Positions 53,327 to 62,299 of a stretch of DNA of 64,000 bases are shown here, piece by piece. A model generated the notes under the pieces. It had not been told where the DNA came from and searched no databases. It worked only from the letters and a program-made list of their open reading frames with translations. Origin of the DNA: Pseudomonadota bacterium (GTDB lineage: Bacteria > Campylobacterota > Campylobacteria > Campylobacterales > Sulfurimonadaceae); contig JAZDQA010000005.1 of assembly GCA_043797085.1 (NCBI GenBank), forward strand, positions 128,001 through 192,000, written 5' to 3'. The stretch's first letter is position 1. Every line of letters starts with the position of its first letter. Position numbers and translations under genes: made by a program.

Positions 53327-54697
53327 ATGAAAAATGGAGAAAAAATGGTTGAAAATATATTAGCGAATTTAGAACGTACCAACTGCGCCATGGACGGGAC
53401 GTTTATTCAAGCAGTGAGTGAAGTGCTGCATTCGTTAGATCCGATTCTCCAAAGTGATACACGATACCAAACGTATGCGATTTTAGAGCGTCTTATTGTC
53501 CCTGATCGTGAAATTCGTTTTAAAGTTCAATGGTTGGATGACAATAATAACGTTCACATCAACAATGGTTATCGCGTACAGTTTAATAATGCCCTCGGAC
53601 CGTATAAAGGGGGACTTCGTTTCCATAAAAGTGTTGATTCCGGGGTACTGAAATTTTTAGCATTTGAGCAGATTTTTAAAAATTCTCTGACTGGATTACC
53701 CATAGGCGGTGCCAAAGGGGGATCGGATTTTGACCCAAAAGGGAAGAGTGATTTCGAGATTATGAAATTTTGTCATGCTTTTATGCGAGAGCTTCATCAA
53801 TACATCGGTGCTCGTGTGGACGTTCCTGCCGGTGATATTGGCGTAGGTACTCGTGAAATCGGGTTCTTATTTGGAGAGTATAAAAAAATTACACGTAACT
53901 ACGATGGGGTTCTCAGCGGAAAGCCGTATGCGTTTGGGGGGTCATTGATGCGTCCGGAAGCAACGGGATACGGGGTAGTTTATTTTACAGTGGAGATGTT
54001 AAAAGAAGAGTTCGGCGATTCGCTGTGGGGTAAAGTATGTTGTGTGAGCGGTGCTGGAAATGTGGCATTGCATACGATTGAAAAGCTTCAATATTTCGGT
54101 GCGAAAGTGGTCACGTGCAGTGACAGTGAAGGATCTATTTATGATCCAAACGGCATTGATCTTCTTTTACTGAAAAGTCTCAAAGGCAATGGAAAACGGT
54201 TGTCGCTGGAAAACTATATGCAGCAACGGTTTGATTGTATTTACACTAAAAAAGAAGACTATCCTTCTAATGGACATGCTGTTTGGAGTACTCCGTGTTA
54301 TGCGGCGTTTCCATGCGCAACCCAAAATGAGTTAACCTTTAACGATGCGGTCACACTGTTAAACAATGGTGTCCGCACAGTAGTGGAGGGGGCAAATATG
54401 CCGACCGTTCCTGAGGCTATTGAAGTATTTCAGGCAAACGGAGTTTTGTTTGTACCGGGAAAAGCTGCTAATGCAGGCGGGGTTGCTGTGAGTGAGTTTG
54501 AAATGTCTCAAAACGCATCCATGGAAAAATGGGATTTTGAAAAAGTAGACCGTAAACTTAACGAGATTATGTGTCAAATATACAAGCGGGTCTCTTTAAC
54601 GGCAAAAGAATACGGACGTGAACGAAATTTTGTGGATGGGGCGAATATCGCCGCGTTTAAACGACTTTCCGAAGCAATGATACTAGAAGGAGTTTAA
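53327..54697 (+). CDS. gdhA: NADP-specific glutamate dehydrogenase
   Basis: GPYKGGLRFH, GGAKGG, DVPAGD, RPEATGYG, GAGNVA, KAANAGGV. Confidence 0.95.
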   Translation: MKNGEKMVENILANLERTNCAMDGTFIQAVSEVLHSLDPILQSDTRYQTYAILERLIVPDREIRFKVQWLDDNNNVHINNGYRVQFNNALGPYKGGLRFHKSVDSGVLKFLAFEQIFKNSLTGLPIGGAKGGSDFDPKGKSDFEIMKFCHAFMRELHQYIGARVDVPAGDIGVGTREIGFLFGEYKKITRNYDGVLSGKPYAFGGSLMRPEATGYGVVYFTVEMLKEEFGDSLWGKVCCVSGAGNVALHTIEKLQYFGAKVVTCSDSEGSIYDPNGIDLLLLKSLKGNGKRLSLENYMQQRFDCIYTKKEDYPSNGHAVWSTPCYAAFPCATQNELTFNDAVTLLNNGVRTVVEGANMPTVPEAIEVFQANGVLFVPGKAANAGGVAVSEFEMSQNASMEKWDFEKVDRKLNEIMCQIYKRVSLTAKEYGRERNFVDGANIAAFKRLSEAMILEGV

Positions 54698-54772
54698 TGA
54701 TTAACATCCAATTAACATATATTTATCGAAGTGCGACTACAATTGCACCAATCTTATCACGACAGGTCCCGA

Positions 54773-57700
54773 ATGAATAAACTTTACTCTTTATTGAGCT
54801 CCATGAAAACGATGGCGGCTTTAATGCTACTCTTTGCAATCACCATCGGTTACGCTACCTTTGTTGAAAATGATTACGGAACGATGAGCGCAAAAGCGGA
54901 TATTTACAATGCCCGTTGGTTTGAAATACTGTTGGGATTATTGGCGCTCAATCTCACGTTGAATATCCTTAAATTTAAAATGGCGCGTAATGGGAAATGG
55001 CTTGTATTTACCTTTCACGTCGCATTTTTGATTATTCTTATCGGTGCTGCCGTGACTCGTTATATGGGTTATGAGGGGGTTATGCACATCCGTGAAGGTC
55101 AAAGCAGTGATGTTATGGTCAGTGCTGAACCTTATGTGATTTTTGATGTTGAGACGGGAGGTAAAACGTATAATTTTAAAGAACCGCTCTATCTCTCTAA
55201 CCGCTCACAGAATCATTTTGATCGTGTGTTGTCCTTGGATAACCAAGAAATCACGGTTAAACTGGAAAATTACATGGGTAATGCACATTATGAAGCCGTT
55301 GCAGATCCTAAAGGTTCTCCGATTCTAAACATGATGATTACCGCAGGTGCTGGCGGAGAACAAGTGAGTCTCAAGCAAGGTGATTTTTATGAAGCAAATG
55401 ATGTTGTGATTGACTTTGGATCGGGTCAAACGTTCCAAAAACCAGTGATTGCTTTGAGCGTAGAGGGGGATAAAGTGGTTATGAATACTCCCGTTAACCT
55501 TAATGCATTAAACATGGATACCCAACAACCACATGCGATAACAGCCGGGAAAAATGTTCTAACGAATCGGACTCTTTTCCAAACCTCGCAAAGCGGTTTT
55601 GTATTGCGTGCATTCTTGCCCAAAGCATCTATGAGTCTCGTTTCACAACCCTCTAAGGGACCAAAAGTACAGGGTCAAGATGCCCTTACCCTAAAAGTGA
55701 GCCATGGTGATAAAAGCGAAAACGTTGTTGTTCTTGGGTCAACAGGTGTTGTGGGTGAGAGCTCAAGCGTTGTGCTCGATGATATTCGCGTGAAGGCATC
55801 CTATGGATCGATTGAGCGAAAATTGCCGTTTGCAATTGTCTTGAATGATTTCCAATTAGAGCGCTATCCGGGTTCAATGTCACCCGCATCGTACGCCAGC
55901 GAAGTGACCCTAGTGGATCAGCGTGCAGGGATTAAAATGCCGTTTCGTATCTATATGAACCATATTCTTGATTACCAAAATTTTCGTTTCTTTCAATCTT
56001 CATATGATCAAGATGAATTAGGAACCGTTCTATCGGTCAATAAAGATCCCGGTACGTTGATTACCTACATCGGATATTTGTTATTGGCAATAGGGATGTT
56101 TGGTGTATTAATTGTCAAAAATGGCCGCTTCAATGGATTGAGCGAAAAACTCAAAAAGCTGGATGCTCAAAAAATGGCCGCCTCGTTCGCCTTGATAGCA
56201 ATGATGTTTATGGGTACAAACTCTCATGCTGTGGAGAGTGAAAATCCCGTTATACAAACAGCAAAAAGTTTTGATGCGGCTCATGCCGATAAATTTGGTC
56301 ATTTGGTCGTACAAGATTCCAGCGGTCGAATGAAACCGCTCGATACTCTTTCCAATGAGATTTTAGCAAAGTTAAGCCGGAATAATGAAGTTTTAGGACT
56401 CTCTCCTAATCAAGTTATTTTGGGGATGATGCTTCGCCCTGATGCGTGGCGCGAGATTGCGATGATCAAACTTGGGGATAAAGAGATTAATAAACTCATT
56501 GGACTTCCTGAAAATGCAAAAACAGCGGCATTTTCACAATTTTTTGAATTTCCCGATGATATAACGGGCTACAAATTAGCACAATTGGTCGATGAAGCCA
56601 CACGAAAAGCTCCGGGTAAACGGGATAAATTTGATAAAGCATTATTGCAAGTCGATGAGCGTGTCAATGTTGCGTATATGGTTTACACCGGATCTTTGAT
56701 TCAAATGTGGCCAAGAGCGAATGATAAAAACAATAAATGGAATGCAACCATCGAAGCGCTTCAAACTCTTGAACCCAAAGATTCTGAAATGGTACGCATG
56801 ATGGCAGTAGGATATTTCAGTGCCGTTGATGCTGCGCTTAAAAGTGGAGATTGGAGTGCTGCGGATAAAGCATTGGCGATGATTGACAAATACCAGCATT
56901 TTGCAGGGGCGAGTGTTTATCCTAGTGAGAGTAAACTTGCCGTAGAAGTTTTTTACAATAAAAGCAATATTTTTGAACAACTGTGGCCTTTGTATTTTCT
57001 CGTAGGCTTTATCTTGTTGATTTTATCGTTTGTGAAAATTTTGAAACCTGATTTCAAGTTAGACTTTTTTAGCAAAGCGACATTGGGGTTATTGGTTCTC
57101 TTCTTTTTGGCACATACAGCAGGTCTTGCAATGCGTTGGTACATCTCAGGTCACGCACCATGGTCAAACGGGTATGAATCGATGATCTACATTGGATGGG
57201 CGACAGTGTTAGCCGGATTTATCTTCTCAGGTAAATCGCCGATGACCTTAGCCGCGACTGGGATCTTAACCGGTCTTATTTTGTTTGTTGCTCATCTTAA
57301 CTGGATGGATCCTCAAGTGACCAATCTAGTACCCGTACTCCAATCGTACTGGTTGAGTATTCACGTTTCGATGATTACGGCGAGTTATGGTTTCTTGGGG
57401 CTTGGGGCGTTACTTGGGATGATTACTCTCATCTTGTTTATCCTCAAAAATCCAAAGAATCAAGCGCGTCTGAACTTGGCGATCAAAGAACTTAATGCGA
57501 TCAATGAGATGAGTCTTATGATCGGATTGGTTCTTCTCACCGTCGGTAACTTCCTCGGAGGCGTTTGGGCAAATGAGAGCTGGGGACGCTACTGGGGCTG
57601 GGATCCAAAAGAGACATGGGCCTTGGTCACTATCTTGGTCTATGCGGTAGTTATCCACCTTCGTATGATTAAGGGTGCATATAATGATTATGCATTCAGC

Positions 57701-57883
57701 GTTATTTCATTGCTGGCATTTACATCAGTATTGATGACCTATTTCGGTGTAAACTACTATCTAGCAGGGATGCACTCGTATGCCAAGGGTGATCCTGTAC
57801 CGGTACCGGATTTTGTTCCTTGGACGTATGCTGTAGTCGCAATTGTTATTGCAATGGCGTATCCGAAACGCAATACAAACTAA
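54773..57883 (+). CDS. ccsBA: Fused cytochrome c synthase CcsBA (system II)
   Basis: ResB-like N-terminal part plus WWD domain WANESWGRYWGWDPKETW and GMHSYA; likely start ATG 54773. Confidence 0.93.
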   Translation: MNKLYSLLSSMKTMAALMLLFAITIGYATFVENDYGTMSAKADIYNARWFEILLGLLALNLTLNILKFKMARNGKWLVFTFHVAFLIILIGAAVTRYMGYEGVMHIREGQSSDVMVSAEPYVIFDVETGGKTYNFKEPLYLSNRSQNHFDRVLSLDNQEITVKLENYMGNAHYEAVADPKGSPILNMMITAGAGGEQVSLKQGDFYEANDVVIDFGSGQTFQKPVIALSVEGDKVVMNTPVNLNALNMDTQQPHAITAGKNVLTNRTLFQTSQSGFVLRAFLPKASMSLVSQPSKGPKVQGQDALTLKVSHGDKSENVVVLGSTGVVGESSSVVLDDIRVKASYGSIERKLPFAIVLNDFQLERYPGSMSPASYASEVTLVDQRAGIKMPFRIYMNHILDYQNFRFFQSSYDQDELGTVLSVNKDPGTLITYIGYLLLAIGMFGVLIVKNGRFNGLSEKLKKLDAQKMAASFALIAMMFMGTNSHAVESENPVIQTAKSFDAAHADKFGHLVVQDSSGRMKPLDTLSNEILAKLSRNNEVLGLSPNQVILGMMLRPDAWREIAMIKLGDKEINKLIGLPENAKTAAFSQFFEFPDDITGYKLAQLVDEATRKAPGKRDKFDKALLQVDERVNVAYMVYTGSLIQMWPRANDKNNKWNATIEALQTLEPKDSEMVRMMAVGYFSAVDAALKSGDWSAADKALAMIDKYQHFAGASVYPSESKLAVEVFYNKSNIFEQLWPLYFLVGFILLILSFVKILKPDFKLDFFSKATLGLLVLFFLAHTAGLAMRWYISGHAPWSNGYESMIYIGWATVLAGFIFSGKSPMTLAATGILTGLILFVAHLNWMDPQVTNLVPVLQSYWLSIHVSMITASYGFLGLGALLGMITLILFILKNPKNQARLNLAIKELNAINEMSLMIGLVLLTVGNFLGGVWANESWGRYWGWDPKETWALVTILVYAVVIHLRMIKGAYNDYAFSVISLLAFTSVLMTYFGVNYYLAGMHSYAKGDPVPVPDFVPWTYAVVAIVIAMAYPKRNTN

Positions 57884-57923
57884 TTCCCCGTTCGCCCTGA
57901 GCGTGGGGTGAACAAAATTCATA

Positions 57924-58053
57924 CTATTTTTTATTCAATCGTGCTTGCAGTGCATCCAAACTTTTGATCGTTTCAGCATCCAATGTAATCACGGATACAC
58001 TTACTGTAATTCCCACCTCTTTTAGCCAGTAGACATACAGATCATTAATCATC
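57924..58053 (-). repeat. 130-bp duplicate of the 3' end of the HD-GYP gene (58647-58776)
   Basis: Direct repeat with 5 mismatches, including the stop codon. Confidence 0.92.
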
Positions 58054-58083
58054 CTCGTTCCCAAACAGGAGTTTGGGAGCGAG
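58054..58083. repeat. REP-like palindrome exactly at the duplication junction
   Basis: CTCGTTCCCAAAC-AGGA-GTTTGGGAGCGAG. Confidence 0.75.
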
Positions 58084-58184
58084 AAATCATTTAAAGAAAT
58101 AAGAAATAGAGGTATTCAATCTTCACTTTTAAAGCACGTGAGGCGTAGGTAATTGGAAGAAACAGAGACGAACTGAATTAAAAT

Positions 58185-58248
58185 ATAGAAACTGGGATGG
58201 ATACCGTGTCTACCCTAAAGGGCACGTGAAGTACGGATGACAAAGCAA
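58185..58248 (+). repeat. Degenerate ~64-bp direct repeat, copy A (copy B at 58571-58633)
   Basis: Shared ATAGAAA.TGGGAT...CGTGTC..TA.CCTA.AGGGCACGTGAAG.ACG...AAAGCAA. Confidence 0.8.
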
Positions 58249-58345
58249 ATACGATATGCCAAAAAAATAAATTTTATTGAATATAGAAACTATTACTGAA
58301 TGATTGAAAGACAGGGGGGCAAGGGGATAAACCCCTTGGCTATAC

Positions 58346-58405
58346 TCAATTGAGCATAGGTACAAAAATGCACAAAAGCAGTAATGCGGTTACTAGCTTA
58401 TCCAT
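58346..58405 (-). CDS. Candidate type I toxin, 19-aa hydrophobic peptide MDKLVTALLLLCIFVPMLN
   Basis: ATG with GAAGGGGG SD about 6 nt upstream; single TM-like core; hairpin CAAGGGG-ATAAA-CCCCTTG just after the stop. Confidence 0.55.
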   Translation of the reverse strand: MDKLVTALLLLCIFVPMLN

Positions 58406-58439
58406 AAAGAACCCCCTTCGTGTTAAGTCTTTGGAGGGC

Positions 58440-58519
58440 AAAAAAAAAGGTCAAGGGGTAATTAATCCCTCGACCTTAATTGTACCGCTCCATTGACTTA
58501 ACAGGAAAGTGTAACCGCA
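58440..58519 (-). ncRNA. Candidate ~80-nt small RNA/leader complementary to the toxin mRNA
   Basis: TGGTACAAT extended -10 at 58526-58534 (minus); intrinsic terminator AAGGTCGAGGGG..CCCCTTGACCTT plus poly-U; two segments complementary to the toxin leader and codons. Confidence 0.5.
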
Positions 58520-58570
58520 AGAAGAATTGTACCACAAAAAATGAATAGAGGTCGCCAATTAAATTTTAAA

Positions 58571-58633
58571 ATAGAAATGGGATAGGTATCGTGTCGTATC
58601 CTATAGGGCACGTGAAGCACGATATGAAAGCAA
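58571..58633 (+). repeat. Degenerate ~64-bp direct repeat, copy B
   Basis: Similar to 58185-58248. Confidence 0.8.
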
Positions 58634-58646
58634 GTAGTTAGTTATT

Positions 58647-60374
58647 CTATTTTTTATTCAATCGTGATTGCAGTGCATCCAAACTTTTGATCGTTTCTGC
58701 ATCCAATGTAATCACGGATACACTTACTGTAATTCCCACCTCTTTTAGCCAATCAACATACAGATCATTAATCATCGGCAGTTCATTATCTTTTCTAAAG
58801 AGGATAAAATCATCCCCTTGAAAACGTATAACCGGCAATTTAGGATACTTCTCTTGCAATATCTGTGCGTAATGTTTGAGAAGATCATCCCCTTTATCCC
58901 ATCCATAGGATTTGTTAAATTGACTGATGTTACCTAGATTAATCAGCCATAATTGTTTGTATTGAGTAAAATCAGGCTCAAAAAAGAGAAAATTGAGATA
59001 AGACGATGTATAGGCACCAGTAAGGGGATCTTTGTAAAAATAGGAGAAGCGTTCCATCTCAAGCTCTGTTGTAGGACGTTGAGAGTGGTTCGCTTCGAGT
59101 GAGATATCATTGAGTGCTATGAGTGCCGCATCGACGATATCCGCACGAAATTGTGTCCGACAATTAGTATTAAGTTCAAGCATTGATTCCTTTAATGTCT
59201 TTCGCCCTTTGTAAATACGGTTTGTTGTCATCGCGTCAAAACAATCTGCTATGGCTAAGATTTGCGAGTTTAATGGGATTTCCTCTCCTTTTAGCCCAAA
59301 AGGATAGCCGCTACCATCGATACGCTCGTGATGGTAACGGATGATTTGAGCGATGGAGGCAAAAATCTCTACTTTACTCAGAAGTTTATAACTGGCATTG
59401 ACATGTTCTTCGATAAGTTTTTTCTCGAGTGGTTCCAAGCGACCGGGTTTGAGTAATATTGAGTCAGGAATCGCAACTTTCCCGATATCGTGCAAAACTC
59501 CTGCTCTGTATATCTCTTCTTGTATTTCCTCACTAAATCCCATCTCTTTAGCGATCAGCCGTGAATATTCACCTACGCGTTTTCCATGTCCTGCAGTATA
59601 GTTATCACGTTGTTCGATCAGAGAAACGAGCGAAAAGAGGTTTTGTTCATAGAGGTCAATTTTTTCACTGATACGCTCATTAGAATTGCGGTATCCCCAA
59701 TACAAACCGCTTAATCCTAATATCCAAATACACACACTTATTAGGATATTTGGACGTATTCCTGAGGTAAAAATTTCATTGTATCGGCTTAGCGGTATTT
59801 CTATGGAGAGACCGCCTCGAACATCTCCGAGTTTGTATCCTTGGTCTTGATGACATTTCATACATTGCTGATCGATAAAAAATGGTCTCATATACTGCAA
59901 ACTGTCATTAGCGGTTATTCTATGGACATCCGTACGTGTGGTTTCAATCCGTTTTAAGGCTTCAGCCTCCCATTCGCTAGGATCATTGTGAGGATTGAGA
60001 AGTTTGAGGCTGGTTAAATGTCCTTGTATGCCGGAATGTTGTGTGTATAACTCTGAGATTTGTCTCAGTGCGTAGGCAGGATTAAAAAGAGTGAGCTGTA
60101 AACCGTTGGTAGTATTTACATCACGATTTTTAACATGTAGATAAGGATTCGGTCGAGAGTTGTTTTGATCGGCAATAACATATACACCACCCTTGGATGA
60201 AATCCAAGAGCGAAAGGTTAAATCTTTATTGATACTGGTGCGTGCTTCGAGAAGGGCTAATGAGTTGATAACGCGGTTTTTTTGAAATATCATAATGGCA
60301 ATAAAAAAAGCAATTAAAATAGTCCATGCTACTGCTAACAGGATAAAAACTTTTGCTAATTGCCGTTTTTCCAG
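58647..60374 (-). CDS. Membrane HD-GYP phosphodiesterase with periplasmic DUF3365 heme-c sensor and degenerate GGDEF
   Basis: CMKCH heme motif, LHDIGK, HHERIDGSGYP, RFQGDDF; the ORF-track start (60293) misses the first TM helix, so the start is likely CTG 60374. Confidence 0.85.
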   Translation of the reverse strand: MEKRQLAKVFILLAVAWTILIAFFIAIMIFQKNRVINSLALLEARTSINKDLTFRSWISSKGGVYVIADQNNSRPNPYLHVKNRDVNTTNGLQLTLFNPAYALRQISELYTQHSGIQGHLTSLKLLNPHNDPSEWEAEALKRIETTRTDVHRITANDSLQYMRPFFIDQQCMKCHQDQGYKLGDVRGGLSIEIPLSRYNEIFTSGIRPNILISVCIWILGLSGLYWGYRNSNERISEKIDLYEQNLFSLVSLIEQRDNYTAGHGKRVGEYSRLIAKEMGFSEEIQEEIYRAGVLHDIGKVAIPDSILLKPGRLEPLEKKLIEEHVNASYKLLSKVEIFASIAQIIRYHHERIDGSGYPFGLKGEEIPLNSQILAIADCFDAMTTNRIYKGRKTLKESMLELNTNCRTQFRADIVDAALIALNDISLEANHSQRPTTELEMERFSYFYKDPLTGAYTSSYLNFLFFEPDFTQYKQLWLINLGNISQFNKSYGWDKGDDLLKHYAQILQEKYPKLPVIRFQGDDFILFRKDNELPMINDLYVDWLKEVGITVSVSVITLDAETIKSLDALQSRLNKK

Positions 60375-60423
60375 AGGAACTACCTTATACTAAAAAGTGT
60401 TAGTATACGATAGTATCGCGTTA

Positions 60424-61539
60424 TTATTTAAACCACCCTTTTACTTTTTCAAACGTTGATTCGAAAAGAGACTCATGCGGTTTGGATTCGATTCCGAAAC
60501 TTGCTTGCAGTTTTTGCAAAAGTTCTTCTTGTTCTGTTGTGAGACGAGTAGGGTAGGTGAGGGTGATTTGGGCGATCATGTCTCCTTTTCCTCGACCGTG
60601 TACATCAGCGATTCCTTCACCTTTAAATCGGTAATGCTGTTTGTCTTTGGTTCCGGTTTCCAGTTCCAACGTCACTTCGCCATTGAGTGAGGGGATAGTA
60701 ATATCTTCGCCCAAAACTGCTTGGGTGAAAAAGATGGGAACTTCGAGATAGACGTCATTGCCATTGCGGATAAAGTGGCTGTCTTCTTCTACCTCAAAAG
60801 TGACGTATAAATCTCCTCGTACACCGCTTTTTCCCATATTCCCGCGTCCTGATACACGCAAGCGGTTACCGTTATCGATACCTGCCGGAACTTTTACGGT
60901 CACTTTTTCTTTTGTTTCCGTATAGCTTTTTCCTTTACAGTCGGTACATTTCTCACTTGCCATTGTCCCCTCACCATGACACGCAGGACAGGTTTGTGAG
61001 AAGGTCATGAACCCTTGACGAACGTACACTTGCCCTTTACCGCCGCATTGGCTGCAACTGGTGACTTTTGCGTCTTTTGCACCGGTTCCTTTACAAGTTT
61101 TACACGAAGTTTTAGCGCTGAAGGTTACCTCTTTTTCGCATCCGAAAACGGCTTCTTTGAAGCTGATACGCATCTCCACACCCATATCGAGCTGAAACTT
61201 ATCGCTTGGAGCACGAGATTGACGACTTCGACCACCGCCTGCAAAGCCATTAAACATCTCTTCGAAAACACTTCCAAGATCATCAAATCCGCCACGGCTA
61301 CGTCCGCCACCGCCTTGTAAGCCTTCTTTACCATAACGGTCATAGACAGAGCGCTGTTGCTCGTCGCTGAGGACTTGATACGCTTCGTTACAGAGTTTGA
61401 ACTTGTGTTCTGCGGTAGCATCGTTGGGGTTACGGTCAGGGTGGTGGAGTTTTGCCATTTTACGGTAGGCTTTTTTGATTTCGTCTCCGTTAGCATTTTT
61501 GGTAACTTCTAAAATTTCATAATAACTCAAATTTTCCAT
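60424..61539 (-). CDS. dnaJ: Chaperone DnaJ
   Basis: HPD J-domain, four CxxCxGxG-type repeats; start 61539 with GGAG RBS. Confidence 0.96.
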   Translation of the reverse strand: MENLSYYEILEVTKNANGDEIKKAYRKMAKLHHPDRNPNDATAEHKFKLCNEAYQVLSDEQQRSVYDRYGKEGLQGGGGRSRGGFDDLGSVFEEMFNGFAGGGRSRQSRAPSDKFQLDMGVEMRISFKEAVFGCEKEVTFSAKTSCKTCKGTGAKDAKVTSCSQCGGKGQVYVRQGFMTFSQTCPACHGEGTMASEKCTDCKGKSYTETKEKVTVKVPAGIDNGNRLRVSGRGNMGKSGVRGDLYVTFEVEEDSHFIRNGNDVYLEVPIFFTQAVLGEDITIPSLNGEVTLELETGTKDKQHYRFKGEGIADVHGRGKGDMIAQITLTYPTRLTTEQEELLQKLQASFGIESKPHESLFESTFEKVKGWFK

Positions 61540-61564
61540 GCATAATCTCCAAAATTTTTTGCGA

Positions 61565-61616
61565 ATTATACCACAGCTTACTTGAGTCACAAAGACTAAA
61601 GATATTTTGCTACAAT
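61565..61616. promoter_or_regulatory. Divergent extended -10 promoters for dnaJ (minus, 61565-61573) and recR (plus, 61608-61616)
   Basis: TGGTATAAT on the minus strand; TGCTACAAT on the plus strand. Confidence 0.7.
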
Positions 61617-61622
61617 AGCGGC

Positions 61623-62192
61623 ATGAAACGTTCCCTAGAAAAATTTAATCGCCTTGTCGATGCCCTCCAGCAATTACCAACTATCGGACAAAAATCGGCG
61701 ACACGTCTTGCGTACCATTTGGTGATGCACGATACTTTTGGTGCTCTTAAACTTGCGCATGCTATCGAAAATGCTGTTACCAGTTTAAAAAAATGCCGCT
61801 CGTGTGGTGGTTTAAGTGAAGATGAACTGTGTGCTATTTGCAGTGACGAGCATCGGAATCATGAAGTACTTTGTATTGTTGAAAATGCTAAAGAGATTTT
61901 GATGTTTGAAGAAAATGCCCTTTTTGACGGGCGTTATTTTGTCCTTGATTCTTTGGAAGAACTGGATATCGCACATCTTCGTGCCATCATCAACAGTGGG
62001 ATAAAAGAGGTGATTTTTGCCCTTACTCCCTCCATCGCTAATCAAGGAGTGATGCTCTATATCGAAGATAAGCTAATGGAGTGCGATGTACGATTTAGCC
62101 GTATCGCGCAGGGAGTTCCTACGGGCGTGAGTTTGGAGAATGTGGACATTCTCTCGCTGTCTAAAGCACTTGAAGATCGGGTTAGTATTTAG
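61623..62192 (+). CDS. recR: Recombination mediator RecR
   Basis: [13 protein letters not shown]hH, C4 zinc finger, Toprim, [10 protein letters not shown]. Confidence 0.95.
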   Translation: MKRSLEKFNRLVDALQQLPTIGQKSATRLAYHLVMHDTFGALKLAHAIENAVTSLKKCRSCGGLSEDELCAICSDEHRNHEVLCIVENAKEILMFEENALFDGRYFVLDSLEELDIAHLRAIINSGIKEVIFALTPSIANQGVMLYIEDKLMECDVRFSRIAQGVPTGVSLENVDILSLSKALEDRVSI

Positions 62193-62299
62193 TAGCATTG
62201 TTCATTTCTGACAAGATATTTTTGTTTTTTTGTTTTTAGTTAAGTTTATATTAATTGTATTATAAATAAACTATAATATGAAACATTAAGGATTTTGTT

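Noticed and set aside
57886..57913. CRISPR-like or REP hairpin GTTCGCCC...GGGGTGAAC after ccsBA
   Set aside because: Single copy; most simply a terminator-like hairpin.
57924..58776. Diversity-generating retroelement TR/VR pair
   Set aside because: The five mismatches are not confined to adenines of one copy on either strand, and no reverse transcriptase is in the window.
1648..62045. Numerous short ORFs nested in or antisense to long genes in the ORF track
   Set aside because: Shadow ORFs of well-supported genes with no independent motifs.
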